Below are positions 49,949 through 61,890 of a stretch of DNA of 64,000 nucleotides, piece by piece. A program made the position numbers and the translations under genes. Each line of letters starts with the position of its first letter. Position 1 is the first letter of the stretch. The notes beneath the pieces are model-generated. The model had not been told where the DNA came from. It saw only the letters and a program-made list of their open reading frames with translations, and did no database searches. The DNA comes from Marsupella aquatica (Eukaryota; Plantae; Marchantiophyta): the NCBI GenBank assembly GCA_973895155.1, contig OZ316894.1:6782234-6846233 (forward strand), read 5' to 3'.

Positions 49949-52900
49949 GCTGCCCTGATGTTGAGGATAGTTTAGTGCTATGAGAAGCTCAATGCTGGAG
50001 CTTCATGCTGCTGATCAGTCAAAGCTCTGATAGGAGAAGCTCTAATCAAGAAATTACTACTGAGCTCTTTGCTGCTAAGCTATGGAGAGCCGCTGCTGCA
50101 GCTAAGATTGGCTAAAAAGCTACACTGCGGGATAGAGCTGACTCGTTGCAGCTTAGTGCTGCTAAAGGAAATCAAATAGAGCTGGCTAAGTAAGGTTGCT
50201 GCTGAATAAGAGAAGCTATGTTGCTTCTATGCTGAGAATTGTGGATAGAGCATACTGCTGCAAGCTTCTCAGTAAGCTGCTGGAGCAGCTTCATGCTGTT
50301 GAGTAGCTATGGAGAAGTAGAGCTTGGGAGCTAGGCTGATAGAAGTCAATGTTGTGGAGGTGAGCTTGCTGATTTATGAGCTATGGAGTAGCTGCCAGGG
50401 AGAGCATGAAGCAGCAGCACTTCGCTGCTGCTCGCGACTTGTGAAGGGAGGAAAAAAATTGCATTTCACCAGCAGTCTTCGTGAAAGGAGGAAAAGGGGG
50501 TGGTCTTTGCCAAAACTTACCTGGTAGTTGGCTGTCGGTAACTGGGCTTGAACTCGCAACCTGCTATGTGCTAGGCACTTCATTTGGGATACCAAGGGAG
50601 TGTTCTTAGCTCTTCGTTTAAGGAGTTCATAGAAACTCTACTTAAGCTTGCGGCAGCATCGGTTCTGAGCCGTTTGAAGGACTTTGAGGCCGGGTCTAGG
50701 CCAGCAAGGGGACCAGGGAGACCAGGGGAGGGCCCAGCAGGGGTGCCTCAACTTCATGGAGGCCCGGGAAACCATTTTTTTATCCCAATAGGATATGCTA
50801 AGGAGTTTTCATGAAGGCTTGAAAACCACTATTTGTAATAAGTTGTCGGGCTATTATGAAGCCCAACACTTGAGGGGTGCTGGTATACAATGAGTTGTTG
50901 CTAGATAGCTTGGCCTTGCACTCGCACAGTAGCCATAGAATAACTGCTAATGCCAATATTCTAGTTGGAACCAACTCAAGCGGTAGTTGTACTATTCGGG
51001 TAAGTTTACAACTGTGTAAAAGCTGAGATAACCCTACTTCTGTGGTAACCCGAGTCTCAGCGGCAAAACCCGAGACTCAGTGGTAACCCAAAACTCAGTG
51101 ACGTATTAACCCTCAGTTGTAGGCCAAACTTGGAGTTGTTACCGTGAGAAATATTATGTTCCAGTTAGTTTACAACTTGCGCGGTTAGTTGTAAGAGTTA
51201 CCGAAGGGGGTACCCCGGTTACTCGTCTCGCCGAGAGGCTACCGCTGTTCAGGTCTTGTGTGGAAACCTGAGTACTGGTTGTAGTTAAGTTAACCTGCGG
51301 TAAAATAGAGATTTAACCCAGGTTAAACTTTAGCAAGAAAGTAGTGAGTTTGCCGTAACTACTAACCTGAGTTAGCACCTTAGGCTTGGTTTGGTTTGGC
51401 GTGGGTTTGGTTTGGAGCCCTGAGGTGTGGAAATAAAGAGGAGAAGCAGGGGGCTGTCTCCTCACTTGTTCAGCTGTCCACTTTCTTAGAGGCTGGGAGC
51501 TTGGGGGCTGGGCTCTTCCTTGGAGAGCAGCAGCATGAGCTTGAGGCACTAGGAAGGGGGGAATAGTGAACTAGTCCACTAGGTAGGCAGCAAGGAGAAG
51601 GTCAAGGGAGGTGTTGTGATCTAAACTTGTTTCTATTCTCTCTAGTAAAGACTTGCGTGTAACCCTTAGTCTTGAAGCAGCTGTCTAGTGAGATGTCGAA
51701 CCAGTGAGCATGTATGTGGACTCAAGTGTGATTTGATACCGAAGAGGTGAAGCTTGAAGCTTGAGGATGAGAGCAAGGTCAGCACTTGTCTTGTTGGGAT
51801 AGCAAGTGGTAATCCTGCAATCCTTTGTGAAGGAAACATGGTACTCTCTTGGGTGAAGGTTATGTAAGGAGTCTGCGGGGATAGCTTGTGGGTGTCCACT
51901 GACCGTGTTGAGATCGGGAGTGGGGTGTTGGGAGTGTTTTCCAGTGGGAGAGCAGGGGAGTGATAACCACCCTTCAAGGTTATCTTTCCAGCGGTGGAAG
52001 TAAAATTATCCAGTTGGGTGTGTGAGTGAAGAAGAAGAGAGAGATTAAGGGAAAGTGACCTACTGTCCTGCTATTCGCCCGTCCTAGGAACCCGAACAAC
52101 GATAAGAAGGGGCAATAGTGGTAGATTTAACTCTAGTGAAGAGTTAAGCCCCATTGCAAGGTGTTGACACCCCTCATCAAACTTCTCAAACAAGATGTGG
52201 AGTATGTTTGGACCAATGAGAGAGAGACTACTTTTCAAGAGTTGAAATCAAGACTCATCAAAGCACCAATACTTCAACCACCAGATTGGACCAAGACTTT
52301 TCATATTTTCATTCACTCTTCAGTTTTTGCATGGGAGTAAATTTAAGCCAAAAAAATGAGCAAGCGCGAGATCACCCTATTTATTATGCAAGCAAACAAC
52401 TAAGTGCTTCAAAGAAGAATTGTTTGGTAACTGAAAGAGAAACATTGGCTATTATTTTTGCTTGTAAAAATTTTTGCCATTATCTCCTAGGTTACAAAGT
52501 TATTTTCCATACTTATCATAATTCTTTGAGATATCTAGTAAACCAAGTGGATCTATCAAGAAGGGTGGCGAGATGGGTCTTACTTTTGCAAGAGTTTGAT
52601 TATGAAGTCCATGTAAGACCGGGCAAACATCATGAAAATGCAGATTTTCTCTCAAGACTATCTGGTAAGGAAAGCAAAGCTAATTTAGAAGACTCTTTTC
52701 CTGATAAAGAAATTTGGCATATAGAGGGTGAAACTTCCATCTATTATGATATTGTGAACATGTTAACCCATGGAATGATGCCAGAAGGCTTAAATGCAAA
52801 GAAAAACTTGTATTTTTACAAAAAGTTGGACCTTATACTTTTTAATTAAAGGTACCCTCTTTAAGTTAACTCTAGAGCAGAAGCTGAAGAGATGTCTTGA

Positions 52901-53099
52901 GCCTAAGGAGAGTATGAAAGTTATAACAGCCTTACATGCTGAGGACTTCGGGGGCCATTATGCAGTGAATACCACAGTTAATAAGATTTGGGATGCTAGC
53001 TATTGTTGGCCAACTATGCATAAAGATATTCTCGACTTTATTAAATGATGCGATCCTTGTCAACAAATAGGGAAGCCAACAACAACTTCTAGGTGGCTG

Positions 53100-54826
53100 A
53101 GTCTTTCTTAAGCTAAGATCTTGGAAGAATCAAATTCGTCCTCAATGCAAGAAACTTTCAAAATGGGCCATATGCACGTTTCAACAATCTCATCAGGAAG
53201 TCCATCCAAAAGTAGTCTAGATTCCCTTCGGCAACGTTTCTACTCAATTTGTTTCTTTTTTTCTTTCTCAAATATGGTCACTAACCTTGCAAAGACAAGG
53301 TTTTGAGGGACAGTCATTCCAAACCAGTTTGACACAAAAAAGGAATATCTGGAACGATGAGAAAATGGAGAAGTTCTATTTTTGAGGAACCTACAAAACA
53401 GGGATCAAAAGAATTACTTTATTTCTTTGATCAAAAGTAAAACATCATGTCAAAATATTTGTGAGCCAAGAATACTCAACAAAACTCCAAATATTTGTGA
53501 GCCAAGAATCAAGAAGATTCAATGGGAAAAGTTAACCCAAGGATCTTTGATCCAAGTCCGAAAACACAAGTATGTCAATCGGTGATACTTGTTTTGATCA
53601 TCACAATAATAATTACTAAAAATCAACAGAATGTAGACAACCACTCAAAATAGTTCTTGATCGAATTGGAACTCCTTGCTCATTCTTTTTGCAAAACTCA
53701 ATTCAGAGAAAATTTAGACTATCTTGAGGATCTACGCCTCCCATCCAAACGCAGTAAAAGGAAGCACTTTGAGTTCAACTAATCTCTTATACAATCGACG
53801 AGCACGTTTATCTTGGTTTTAAATTTTGACCATCATTGAACTCACTAGAGAAAATGTAAGTTTGAAAGAAAGGTAAAGCTTTAATAGTTTGTCACTCCAA
53901 AATGGCCGGCTCGAAGGAAGCAAGAGCTTCTGTCGAAGTTGATCAGAATCTAGCCTGCAAAACAATCACCAATACTTAAGATATCTTTTGCTATTGCAAA
54001 AAAGCTATTGCTGAATATCCGAAGGGATACGCGATATCCCACTTCGCATTCAACCTTTGCCTTTTAGACCTAACCTGATTGATATTCAGAGATTGAATAC
54101 CAAATGGGATATTGGGTATCCCGCTTTGCCTTCAACATTGAAATTTCTACCTTTTGATTCTGAAATGAATGTGATTTAGTAGTGGAACCCTAAACCCTGA
54201 GCGCATTATCCCATTTTTAAAATTTCTTGCATTTTCCAACCAAGAGCTTCATATTTAGATGTGGGATGCGAAGTGGTATACCCGCGAAGTGGGATACGCC
54301 GTATCCCATTTGGGATTCATCCTCGTCATTTCCAAAAAGATATATGACTCTCATCTATTTTTGTAGTCTGATTTGGGGGATATGAATATGCATACAGAGT
54401 GTGGATTCCTCGGGAGCAAGCAAATGCAGGAGCGAGAAGAAATGAGCCAAAAGTTTTGAGTCGGGGCTCTCCTATTTATAGTTTCTCCCTGACCATGGTC
54501 AGTTTCTAACCATAGTATTGTCGTAGTTGATTAAACGTGACCGTTAAAAGGAATCTTTTAGGAATATTTTTGACAAGTAAACCATCCTTACCCCTTTTAC
54601 TGCGTTTGTTGGTTTTGTTTTTTTAATTGCGGTGGGATCCAAAATGCGATACGTCGTATCCCTGCTTCGGATTCAAGTTATTTTTTCCCATTTTCAAAAT
54701 CTAAAATCTAGGTTATTAGAGGGAATACTAATTCCGTATCCAACACTTTTTTGCCTTAGAATTTTTTTCCGCTGCGGGCAAAACAAGAAGTGTGGTCACA
54801 CTTCTCGTTTGGTCTATCACTATGTT
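53100..54826 (-). mobile_element. Terminal fragment (copy 2) of the unclassified element, carrying a TATA box and a decayed gene
   Basis: Shares its ~540-bp end with 35020-35552. Palindromic boxes at ~54024, 54106, 54291, 54645. Minus-strand CTATAAATAGG at 54471-54481. Confidence 0.6.
53110..53390 (-). pseudogene. Decayed exon encoding an F-box-like motif
   Basis: After acceptor TTTTGTAG: FLKNRTSPFSHRSRYSFFVSNWFGMTVPQNLVFARLVTIFEKEKKKQIE*KRCRRESRLLLDGLPDEIVETCIWPILKV. LLDGLPDEIV..IW..L fits the F-box LPDE(I/L) pattern. Confidence 0.5.
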
Positions 54827-54829
54827 TAA

Positions 54830-56999
54830 GCAGAAAAACTTACCACAACATTGTATAAAATGGTATCCCTATCACGATGCAACAACATCTGTGACAAGGA
54901 CTAGTAAGATGAAGGGCAATGAACTAAGAAGTTGTAGTGCCTTCTTTTCATCATTCAATTCCTTCCCAAAGTATCCACATGATCTTGCTCCTGCAATTTT
55001 GTATCGCTATCTTTCATCCTACAAACTGATGCCGGTTTGACAAATCCATGCTATGATATTTCTTTTACAACACTGCAAATAAGGACATACAGTCCTTATG
55101 TGCACCCAATTGCTTGATGATGGGAGACAGGACATAGAGAGTAACACACCACACTCCCTGGTTCTGCATGACATCCTAGTCTTTCTTATCAACATCGTCT
55201 TCACGAGGCTTCAGTAGTTGGCCCATCCCCAAAGCATAGAGCACTGACTTCAACTTCTTCTCCTGGAGCAAGTAGTCAGAGCGCCCATCAAACCTCATCA
55301 CTTCATACTTGGATCTCCCAAGTTTGAATGTCCCATCTTCTTCTTTTGCACTACCATTAGCTCCTGGAGCAAGTAGTCAGAGCGCCCATCAAACCTCATC
55401 ACTTCATACTTGGATCTCCCAAGTTTGAATGTCCCATCTTCTTCTTTTGCACTACCATTAGCTTCGGTAGTAGAATTGCCTCCATCACATGCCGCATTGA
55501 TGATGGTACCGGTGTCACGTGCTCTTCCTTTTGCTCCTCTCTCTCTATCTCAGACCGTCGCGATGATCCTAATACTTCAAGTTCCACGTCTTTGAATTGC
55601 TCCTCCAAATCACTCATATGATAAAATCATAAAAAGATATTGTTTTTTGCAACTACTCAAAAAACTCAAAACTAATTATCACCACGTAGCCCACAATGCT
55701 AGGAATCCAACACTAAAAACCAAAATCAAAACCAAAATCCGATGAAAAAATTATTCAAATTTTGGTTGGGGTGGGTAAAACCTTGGGAAACTCCCCCATT
55801 TTGACCACCTCAGGGAATAACCAAAATACCAAGTACAACCCGTCATTGGAATTGCAATTCAATCGATGCGCCACGTTGCTAACCATGAAAGAGCTAAGAA
55901 AGAAAAATAAAACTCGACTCTAAAGGAGTTTTTTAAGCCCCTTATGCAAAAAACCATATATAACGACTGGGGCCAAAGTACTAAGAGGGTTGCAAGCAAA
56001 GGCAACAGGCCTTGTACAGGCGGCAATACATTGTTGTGTATAGGCGGAGGGTTGGGCCGGGGCCAAGTAAGTCGCGGCTGCGACTTAACGGAAGTCAATC
56101 GGGAGGGCTCACAAAGGGAAAGCAAGTGGGAGGGAGGGCCAACAACCAGGGAGAGGTGAGACAACAAAAAACCCATTGTCCAATGCTGTGTGAGGTAGCC
56201 AACCATGTACGAGGGAAAAACAAGCACCATAACTTGTTAAAAAAACCAGAACTCAACACCTACTCGTCACATCGCACTCATACTGCAAATGCCAACAAAC
56301 CAGGTACCGAAATGACCAACTCGCTTTAATCTACAACGACCTGAGTAGTAACATGCAACACCTCGCGCACCGCATAGCTCACACCATTGAGAAGACAAAT
56401 TGCTGGTCTCTCCCCCAAAAACCGTCGAACACAAAAGAATCCAGAACAATGCAAACTCTAATTACTCCGCACCACGGATACCAATCAGTGAGTTCTATGC
56501 ACCAAGAGAAAACCTTCTCACTAATCTATCACTCTGTTCAGCCCATAACATTCAAGTTTCATTCAACAAAATTCTAAATGCATCACAGACACTAAACGCT
56601 GGAAACCCGTTATGAAAAAACCTTGTCACCTCCCAGACATGGTCTGATACCAATTTTTGAGCATAGACAACAATCGCAACGGCAAGCCCATGAACCATCC
56701 AATGCACAAGTATTGACACCCAGAAATACGTGGTTCACCTCCACGTGAGACTACGTCCAAGGGAACACACAAGAGCTTTATTGCACTCTAGGTCGACCGG
56801 CCATACCAAACATCCACAGCACAAGCTCTCCCTATCTCTCAACTGGCTCTGTAACAATGAGCTTGACTTCCTTCTCTCCAAGCAAACACCGCTTGGGTAT
56901 AGAGTGTGCACAACATGACTAACCTAACCTAGTCTGCGACTAAGGTTAGCCCTAACTACAATATAGTCATTACTCTAGACCTAAGAGTAAATCCTAACA
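54830..56999 (-). mobile_element. Truncated Ty1/copia: 5' LTR (~56656-56999), tRNA-Met PBS and gag fragment
   Basis: PBS TGGTATCAGACC (plus strand 56641-56652). LTR starts TGTTAGG on the minus strand. Gag reads SKYEVMRFDGRSDYLL..KLKSVL...KALQLLSSLP. Contains a 101-bp tandem duplication at 55260-55462. Confidence 0.8.
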
Positions 57000-57788
57000 A
57001 AACACAGGTCCGAAGTGACCACTAGACATTGTCAACTGCACCAACCCTATACCTTTACAAGCCAGATTGTCCGAGTTTTATATAAATTTAATCTTCCATC
57101 TAGCAGCTGCATGTGTAGGATAGTTTTTGCCTTGTCAATGTCACAACATCGGGCAGCTCAAGACTGGATTTGCCTTTTCAATCTTGTTGCGTGAGGCAAC
57201 AACATCAGCCTTGCGTTTGCAACTGTATTTCCTACTGATGTCAACTCGAAGTTGACCCTGAGACCACATGACAAGGAAACGCTGAAATTTTTGTGAACAC
57301 AATTCACTAGCAATTGATCCACAATGTGCAGATTGAGATTGGAAATTCACCGATAAAATTCTGCGACAACAAAGGACAGGTGTTGAGGGGCAAAATCTTT
57401 CACATGTATGTGACAAGTCTTCACAAAATAAGACTGGCTACAACGAACTGACAACCGGCTAGAATGGACAGAATGGACAGATTCCCTACTGTAGCTGGTG
57501 TGCACTTATTTAGATGTCACTAACTGAATTTTAACACGTGTTATATCAACTAACTTTTCTTGATATATTGCTTTGGTCCATTTGGGTTCTCAAAGTTCAG
57601 AGACATCTTTGTCCACCCGGGCTTCCATTTTGGCTTTTGTTCCTATATTATGTTTATTGTGAAATTCAGGAGCTTTTGACTCAAGTATTTTATCTTGTAC
57701 AAGTATTGATTGTACGCATTCATGTAGATAGAGAACCTGCCCTGGCAACCAACCCTAGACCAATCAGATTCTTCTGTGTGACAGGTGC

Positions 57789-57931
57789 ATGAATAAATGC
57801 ATCGGTTTCTTAGTTTATCAACAACTATTTGGAGCGATGGGTTATTTAGGGCGGAGCGGTGAATGAATAAATGCATCCTTTTCTTAATGTAGCAACAAAT
57901 TTCGGGCGATGGGTCATTTAAGGCGAAGCGG
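57789..57931. repeat. Two-copy ~74-bp tandem repeat
   Basis: ATGAATAAATGCATC...GCGATGGGTYATTTARGGCGRAGCGG at 57789 and 57863. Confidence 0.8.
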
Positions 57932-58908
57932 CCTCATTTATGTGCTAAACTGACGTCTGCATTCCTGTCAGTAATTGTAATTATGATCGACGATGGTCCA
58001 CTGCAGCCTTTGATGTGCTCGTCACTGTCTAGTGTCTACCGCTAGATGAATGCTTTCCGAGGGAAGCTTGCGACAGAGGTGGTAGATGTACGGGAATGCG
58101 ATGCGTGTAGTAGATCAATATTGCCTGCAACATTGACGGCGAATTGACAGTACGTTGACATTTCGAATGGTGGAAAAAAATGTGAGTGAACTGGAGCTTG
58201 ACAGATCTCCGGGCAGCAGGCCCGTGTTCCAATTTGGGGTACCTGGAAGGCAATGGAAGAGGGCAGTGTGTACTGTGGTGACCTGTCCAATTGTCCGACC
58301 AGCTGGAATGATGCTGGATTTCCGCTGATCAATTGTTGGATGGTAAGTGATGCAACTCCTGAGCTATGTGTTGTGCATCAAGACTACTATACAGTAGCAT
58401 GCAAGATGAGTTGCTCACTGTGCTGGACGGTAGGTACTGGAACCTGGTACAGGGTTTATTTGCGCCCTCAAATTCATGCAGGGTGGCAGAGCGTGATGAA
58501 TCTGAAAACTCCAGCGTAGGGTGGGTTTGTTGGGGTTCAAACTCATCTAATTAATGAGATTGTACGTTTATTGGAAGAGGTTGACAAACGGCTGCTTCTC
58601 CTTCGTTGGTCTGGTGCAAATCCAGTACTGGTATAAAGAAGTCAGAAGTGTCTCTCACTTCACGTAACCAGTAAGTTTGAAGACGGTGTCCTGTGAACCG
58701 TTGGTGCTATTAAGTGCAGGTACTTGAAACTCATTCTAGAGTGGGACATGTGCAGTGGTCCACAATCTTGCAACAGCGTACCTGTTTTGCATCATTTGAG
58801 TAGAATCATTCCTCTTCCAGAATCGGACATGTGCAGTGGTCCACAACCCGTGCAGCGAGTAATTTCAGGCAAAGTCCTCCATCTGGAATTCTACGCAGCT
58901 GTAGCACA

Positions 58909-59001
58909 GAATCGAACAAATATTGCTCGACTCCTTGACTGAGTACATTGAATCGAACAAATATTGCTCGACTCCTTGACCGAGTACATTGAATCGAACA
59001 A
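58909..59001. repeat. 41-bp tandem repeat (2.3 copies) just upstream of the LLG start
   Basis: GAATCGAACAAATATTGCTCGACTCCTTGACYGAGTACATT at 58909 and 58950, partial at 58991. Confidence 0.9.
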
Positions 59002-59143
59002 GTAGCTCTTGGCTCCTTCGCTGAGTGGGTGCTTTATTTACGCTTGTGAGTTGCGACTTCTGGGCAGTTAGCCAGAAAGAAGGGACTACTTCACCCTGGG
59101 GCTTGTTCGAACCATCAGACTGCAAGGTTCTGGATTGGATAGA

Positions 59144-60326
59144 ATGACCGCTATGACGGATTCAAGGACTCCTTTCTCGTTGCACATTTGCATCTTGGCT
59201 CTATTGGTCGTAGCAAGCCCTTGTAAGTGTTTTTCATTTATGGTTTCCACAATATGAATGCATAATGCCGATGCTGAATTCTTTAGGACGCTAGGACTAC
59301 TTCCTCCTGGACTCACTTGTGCTTGAGAGCTCCTTTCGATTCACTTGGATATGCAATGGCCAATGCAGGTTCAATGTAGGATACCAGTGATCTGTGGCCA
59401 ACAATGCAGTTTGAATGAAAATCATGTGTATATTTTGAAATACTAGAACGGGATCTGCGGTGTAGAAGGTAGGGCTGACGCTGGCTGCCTATTGCTGTCC
59501 TGGGAGGTGGATAAGACATGAACTACTGTTCTTTCTAAAACAGATGTGACAGTATACTTGTATGTACATGCGATTCCAGTTCATTTAAATAGGAAACTCC
59601 CTGATCTATTTCCTGTGGTCATCCTTCAGCTATTGTCTGGGCGAGGTTGAGCGCGTCTGTGGCGGGCGGCACAGAACTGGCGCAACTTTCAGTAACTGAT
59701 CGCGCTGGAAGTCGAGGTCTCCTGCAATCTGGGAGTGTCAATCAGTGTGTGTACTCTCCTCACCTTGCGTCCGTTCTATCCTTCTTCTTGCAAGACGTGG
59801 TCACATGTGTCGCTTTGAGAAGTGGGATATGTTCCGGGTTGTCGACAGGCATGGCTTGTTGAGTCGCATCGTTTTGGTCTCGTTTGAATACTCTAGAATT
59901 ACTGATGTGTACTTTATAGCCTGCAGATGTCTGTATGATCATTTAAGTAAATAGTTGACATTCGTGCCATTGTCTCCTCTGCTTTTGATTACCAGTCGGT
60001 CATCTAATTTCTAGTGCAGGAGGGGAAATACTGCGGAGCTGCGGCTCACTAGAACTGTCCGTAATTTGGTTCCAGGTCCATATGACTTCTCGAAATTGGA
60101 CTTCTCCAGCGTGACGTCCGTCTGCAAGGGTCCACACTACGATGCGAACACCTGCTGTTCCCCTTTCAGTAAGCTTGCATGCGGTTTTAAACCTCTAATC
60201 AACAACTACAACAGTCTTTGCCCCATTTACTTCCTGTCATACCTGGATGTGGCCGGGGGCTACCCCGCAGGAGTCTTTGTGGGTGACGGCCGTTGCAACA
60301 ATGGGAACAACCTCTGTTCTTCCTGA
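59144..60326 (+). CDS. LLG: LORELEI-like (LLG/LRE-family) cysteine-rich secreted protein, 148 aa, no GPI signal. Exons 59144-59222, 59630-59746, 60076-60326
   Basis: Spliced product MTAMTDSRTPFSLHICILALLVVASPSIVWA...RGLLQ..CPYDFSKLDFSSVTSVCKGPHY...CCSPFSKLAC...C..FLSYLD..GGYPAGVF...C......CSS*. It has a signal peptide, the RxLLQ motif, all 8 family cysteines and the CKGP.Y / G.YP.G.F motifs. Confidence 0.9.
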
Positions 60327-61368
60327 CTGATTCTATATTTGGCTGTGTCTAAAGCTTCTTTCGATGGTTCGCCTTAGTTAGCACCTAGCACGTATGTGGC
60401 AGTGATGCTCTGATGATAAGATCTTCAAAATACCTGGCTTTCGAAACAATAATAGTCTGTTAAACTTCTATAGAGCATAGAAATTGTCACTTCGTAAATC
60501 TCTGGAATGTAGTGTAACTTTGATTTTTGTCCGCGGACTTATGTAACTGTGTTTAATTGTGGAGCAACTCAACTATTTCTATTTCTATTCGTCTATCTTC
60601 CTCGATCTTATTCCTGTTTATACAGTCTTCACAGATCATTTGCTTGTCTTCTACTAATGTAAAATGGACTCCCAACCAAGTCTTCCACTGGATGATAATC
60701 TACAAGTTGAGAGTGGAATAAGACCTCAACTTGTAGTTATTCTCGTGCACCCTAATTTTCCTTACCCTAACTTTCCTTGTCTGTTGACGGGTTAAGTTCG
60801 AGAGATATATGCTGATTGTTTTCCTGCCCAAAGTCCATGAAATCAGAAGACCATGAAATCCCCGAAACCAAAGCACCCAAGATCAGAAATATTGATTTAA
60901 GGTTGTGGGGAGCCAATTGTGCGTCTGCACTTACTATTTTTTACCGGTTCATGAAAGGTACTTTCAAAGGAAATATATCAAATGAAATCTCTGGTTCTGT
61001 GTGGGTCTAAGCAGGCCCCTGAAATCTAAGGCCGTAAAGTCGAAGCTCCTCTGAATTAAAGGACGCAATCAGTAACGAAAATAATCTATGAAGGTTTGAG
61101 AAATTTTGTATGACAATGTCCGGGAAATCTTACCGAGACCTGTATTACCACGAATACAGGAGACGAATACACAGGAGGAAGCAAACTGGTAATGAGCACT
61201 GCAATAAAACCCCAATTTCATTTTATGACAGAACGTTCCTTGTAAAATCAACACGAAGAACATTGGTGTCACAATTAGCTTTTGTAGAAGCAACGTTAGA
61301 ATCATCTGTACCTCATGTCACCGGCAAATGCCTGTAGAGATCATCTGCGCTGCGCGTTGACGAAATAC

Positions 61369-61890
61369 TGCAATCATACCTACGAGGATTTACAGGAGAA
61401 ACGAACATTGCAATCATACCTACAAGAATTTACAGGAAGAACGAACCTTGCAAAAATGAAATTATACTGCGATCACAGGTGCAAGAATTTACAGGAGACC
61501 ACACCTTGCAAATGTACAAGCAAGGCAATGAACACATTCGAGCCGTTAATCCCAAGACATGGGAATGATTGATGGAGATCTAGCAAGGGTTTTGTCCACG
61601 GGTTCAGCACCAGAGTTTACATGCTTGTGCTGACAATTCATCCTTGAGAAGAGAGCCCATCCATTTCGATATATCCTGTAGCAATCAAAACCTCCGACGA
61701 TGTACAGGTAGATCAAACCCGCAAGTCTACAAGCTGGTCAAGTGGGTAAGTCATTTTCGAGCAGTCAGCTTGTCCCTAATCCATCCCGATGGTAGAAACA
61801 CGGTAATGATTGATGGTGAAACTATGAAGGTAGTTGTCCACCTAGTCGAGCACAGTAGTCTACATGCCTGTGCTGACAATTCATTGCATC
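61369..61890. repeat. Diverged duplication (~240-bp period) plus short ~40-bp repeats
   Basis: Cores 61564-61641 and 61805-61884 share AATGATTGATGG, TTGTCCAC and TACATGCYTGTGCTGACAATTCAT. TGCAATCATACCTACRAGRATTTACAGGA repeats lie upstream. Confidence 0.75.

Larger units (their letters stand above)
40433..52169. mobile_element. Large solo-LTR-like insertion B (~3.3 kb after removing nested element C)
   Basis: Starts TGTCGG, ends TTGACA, with TSD CCCTT (40428-40432) / CCCCT (52170-52174), one mismatch. Interrupts the pol of element A in frame. GCTGC-rich sequence continues on both sides of element C. No gag/pol. Confidence 0.8.
37813..53099 (+). mobile_element. Old Ty3/gypsy (non-chromovirus-like) internal region, element A; pol split at 40432/52170 and truncated in integrase
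   Basis: Gag start MAKNIVKFDKFYGKEKEDA, protease (MDGGSNVNL, ILLGRPWL), RT (WVS.IV, FLDGYS, FIDDF). The reading frame IAM|PLIKLLKQD resumes at 52170, then RNase H (HPIYYASKQL, ERETLA) and integrase zinc finger (GGHY..CDPCQ). Its LTRs could not be delimited confidently. Confidence 0.9.

Noticed and set aside
35020-54826. The 35020-35552 and 54285-54826 repeats as the LTR pair of gypsy A
   Set aside because: No TG..CA ends, PBS or PPT; their TATA points to the minus strand whereas A is on plus; A is truncated mid-integrase before copy 2.
57950-58700. Short ORFs and splice-like sites upstream of LLG
   Set aside because: No frame gives a recognisable or continuous protein; may be UTR, but cannot be supported from sequence alone.
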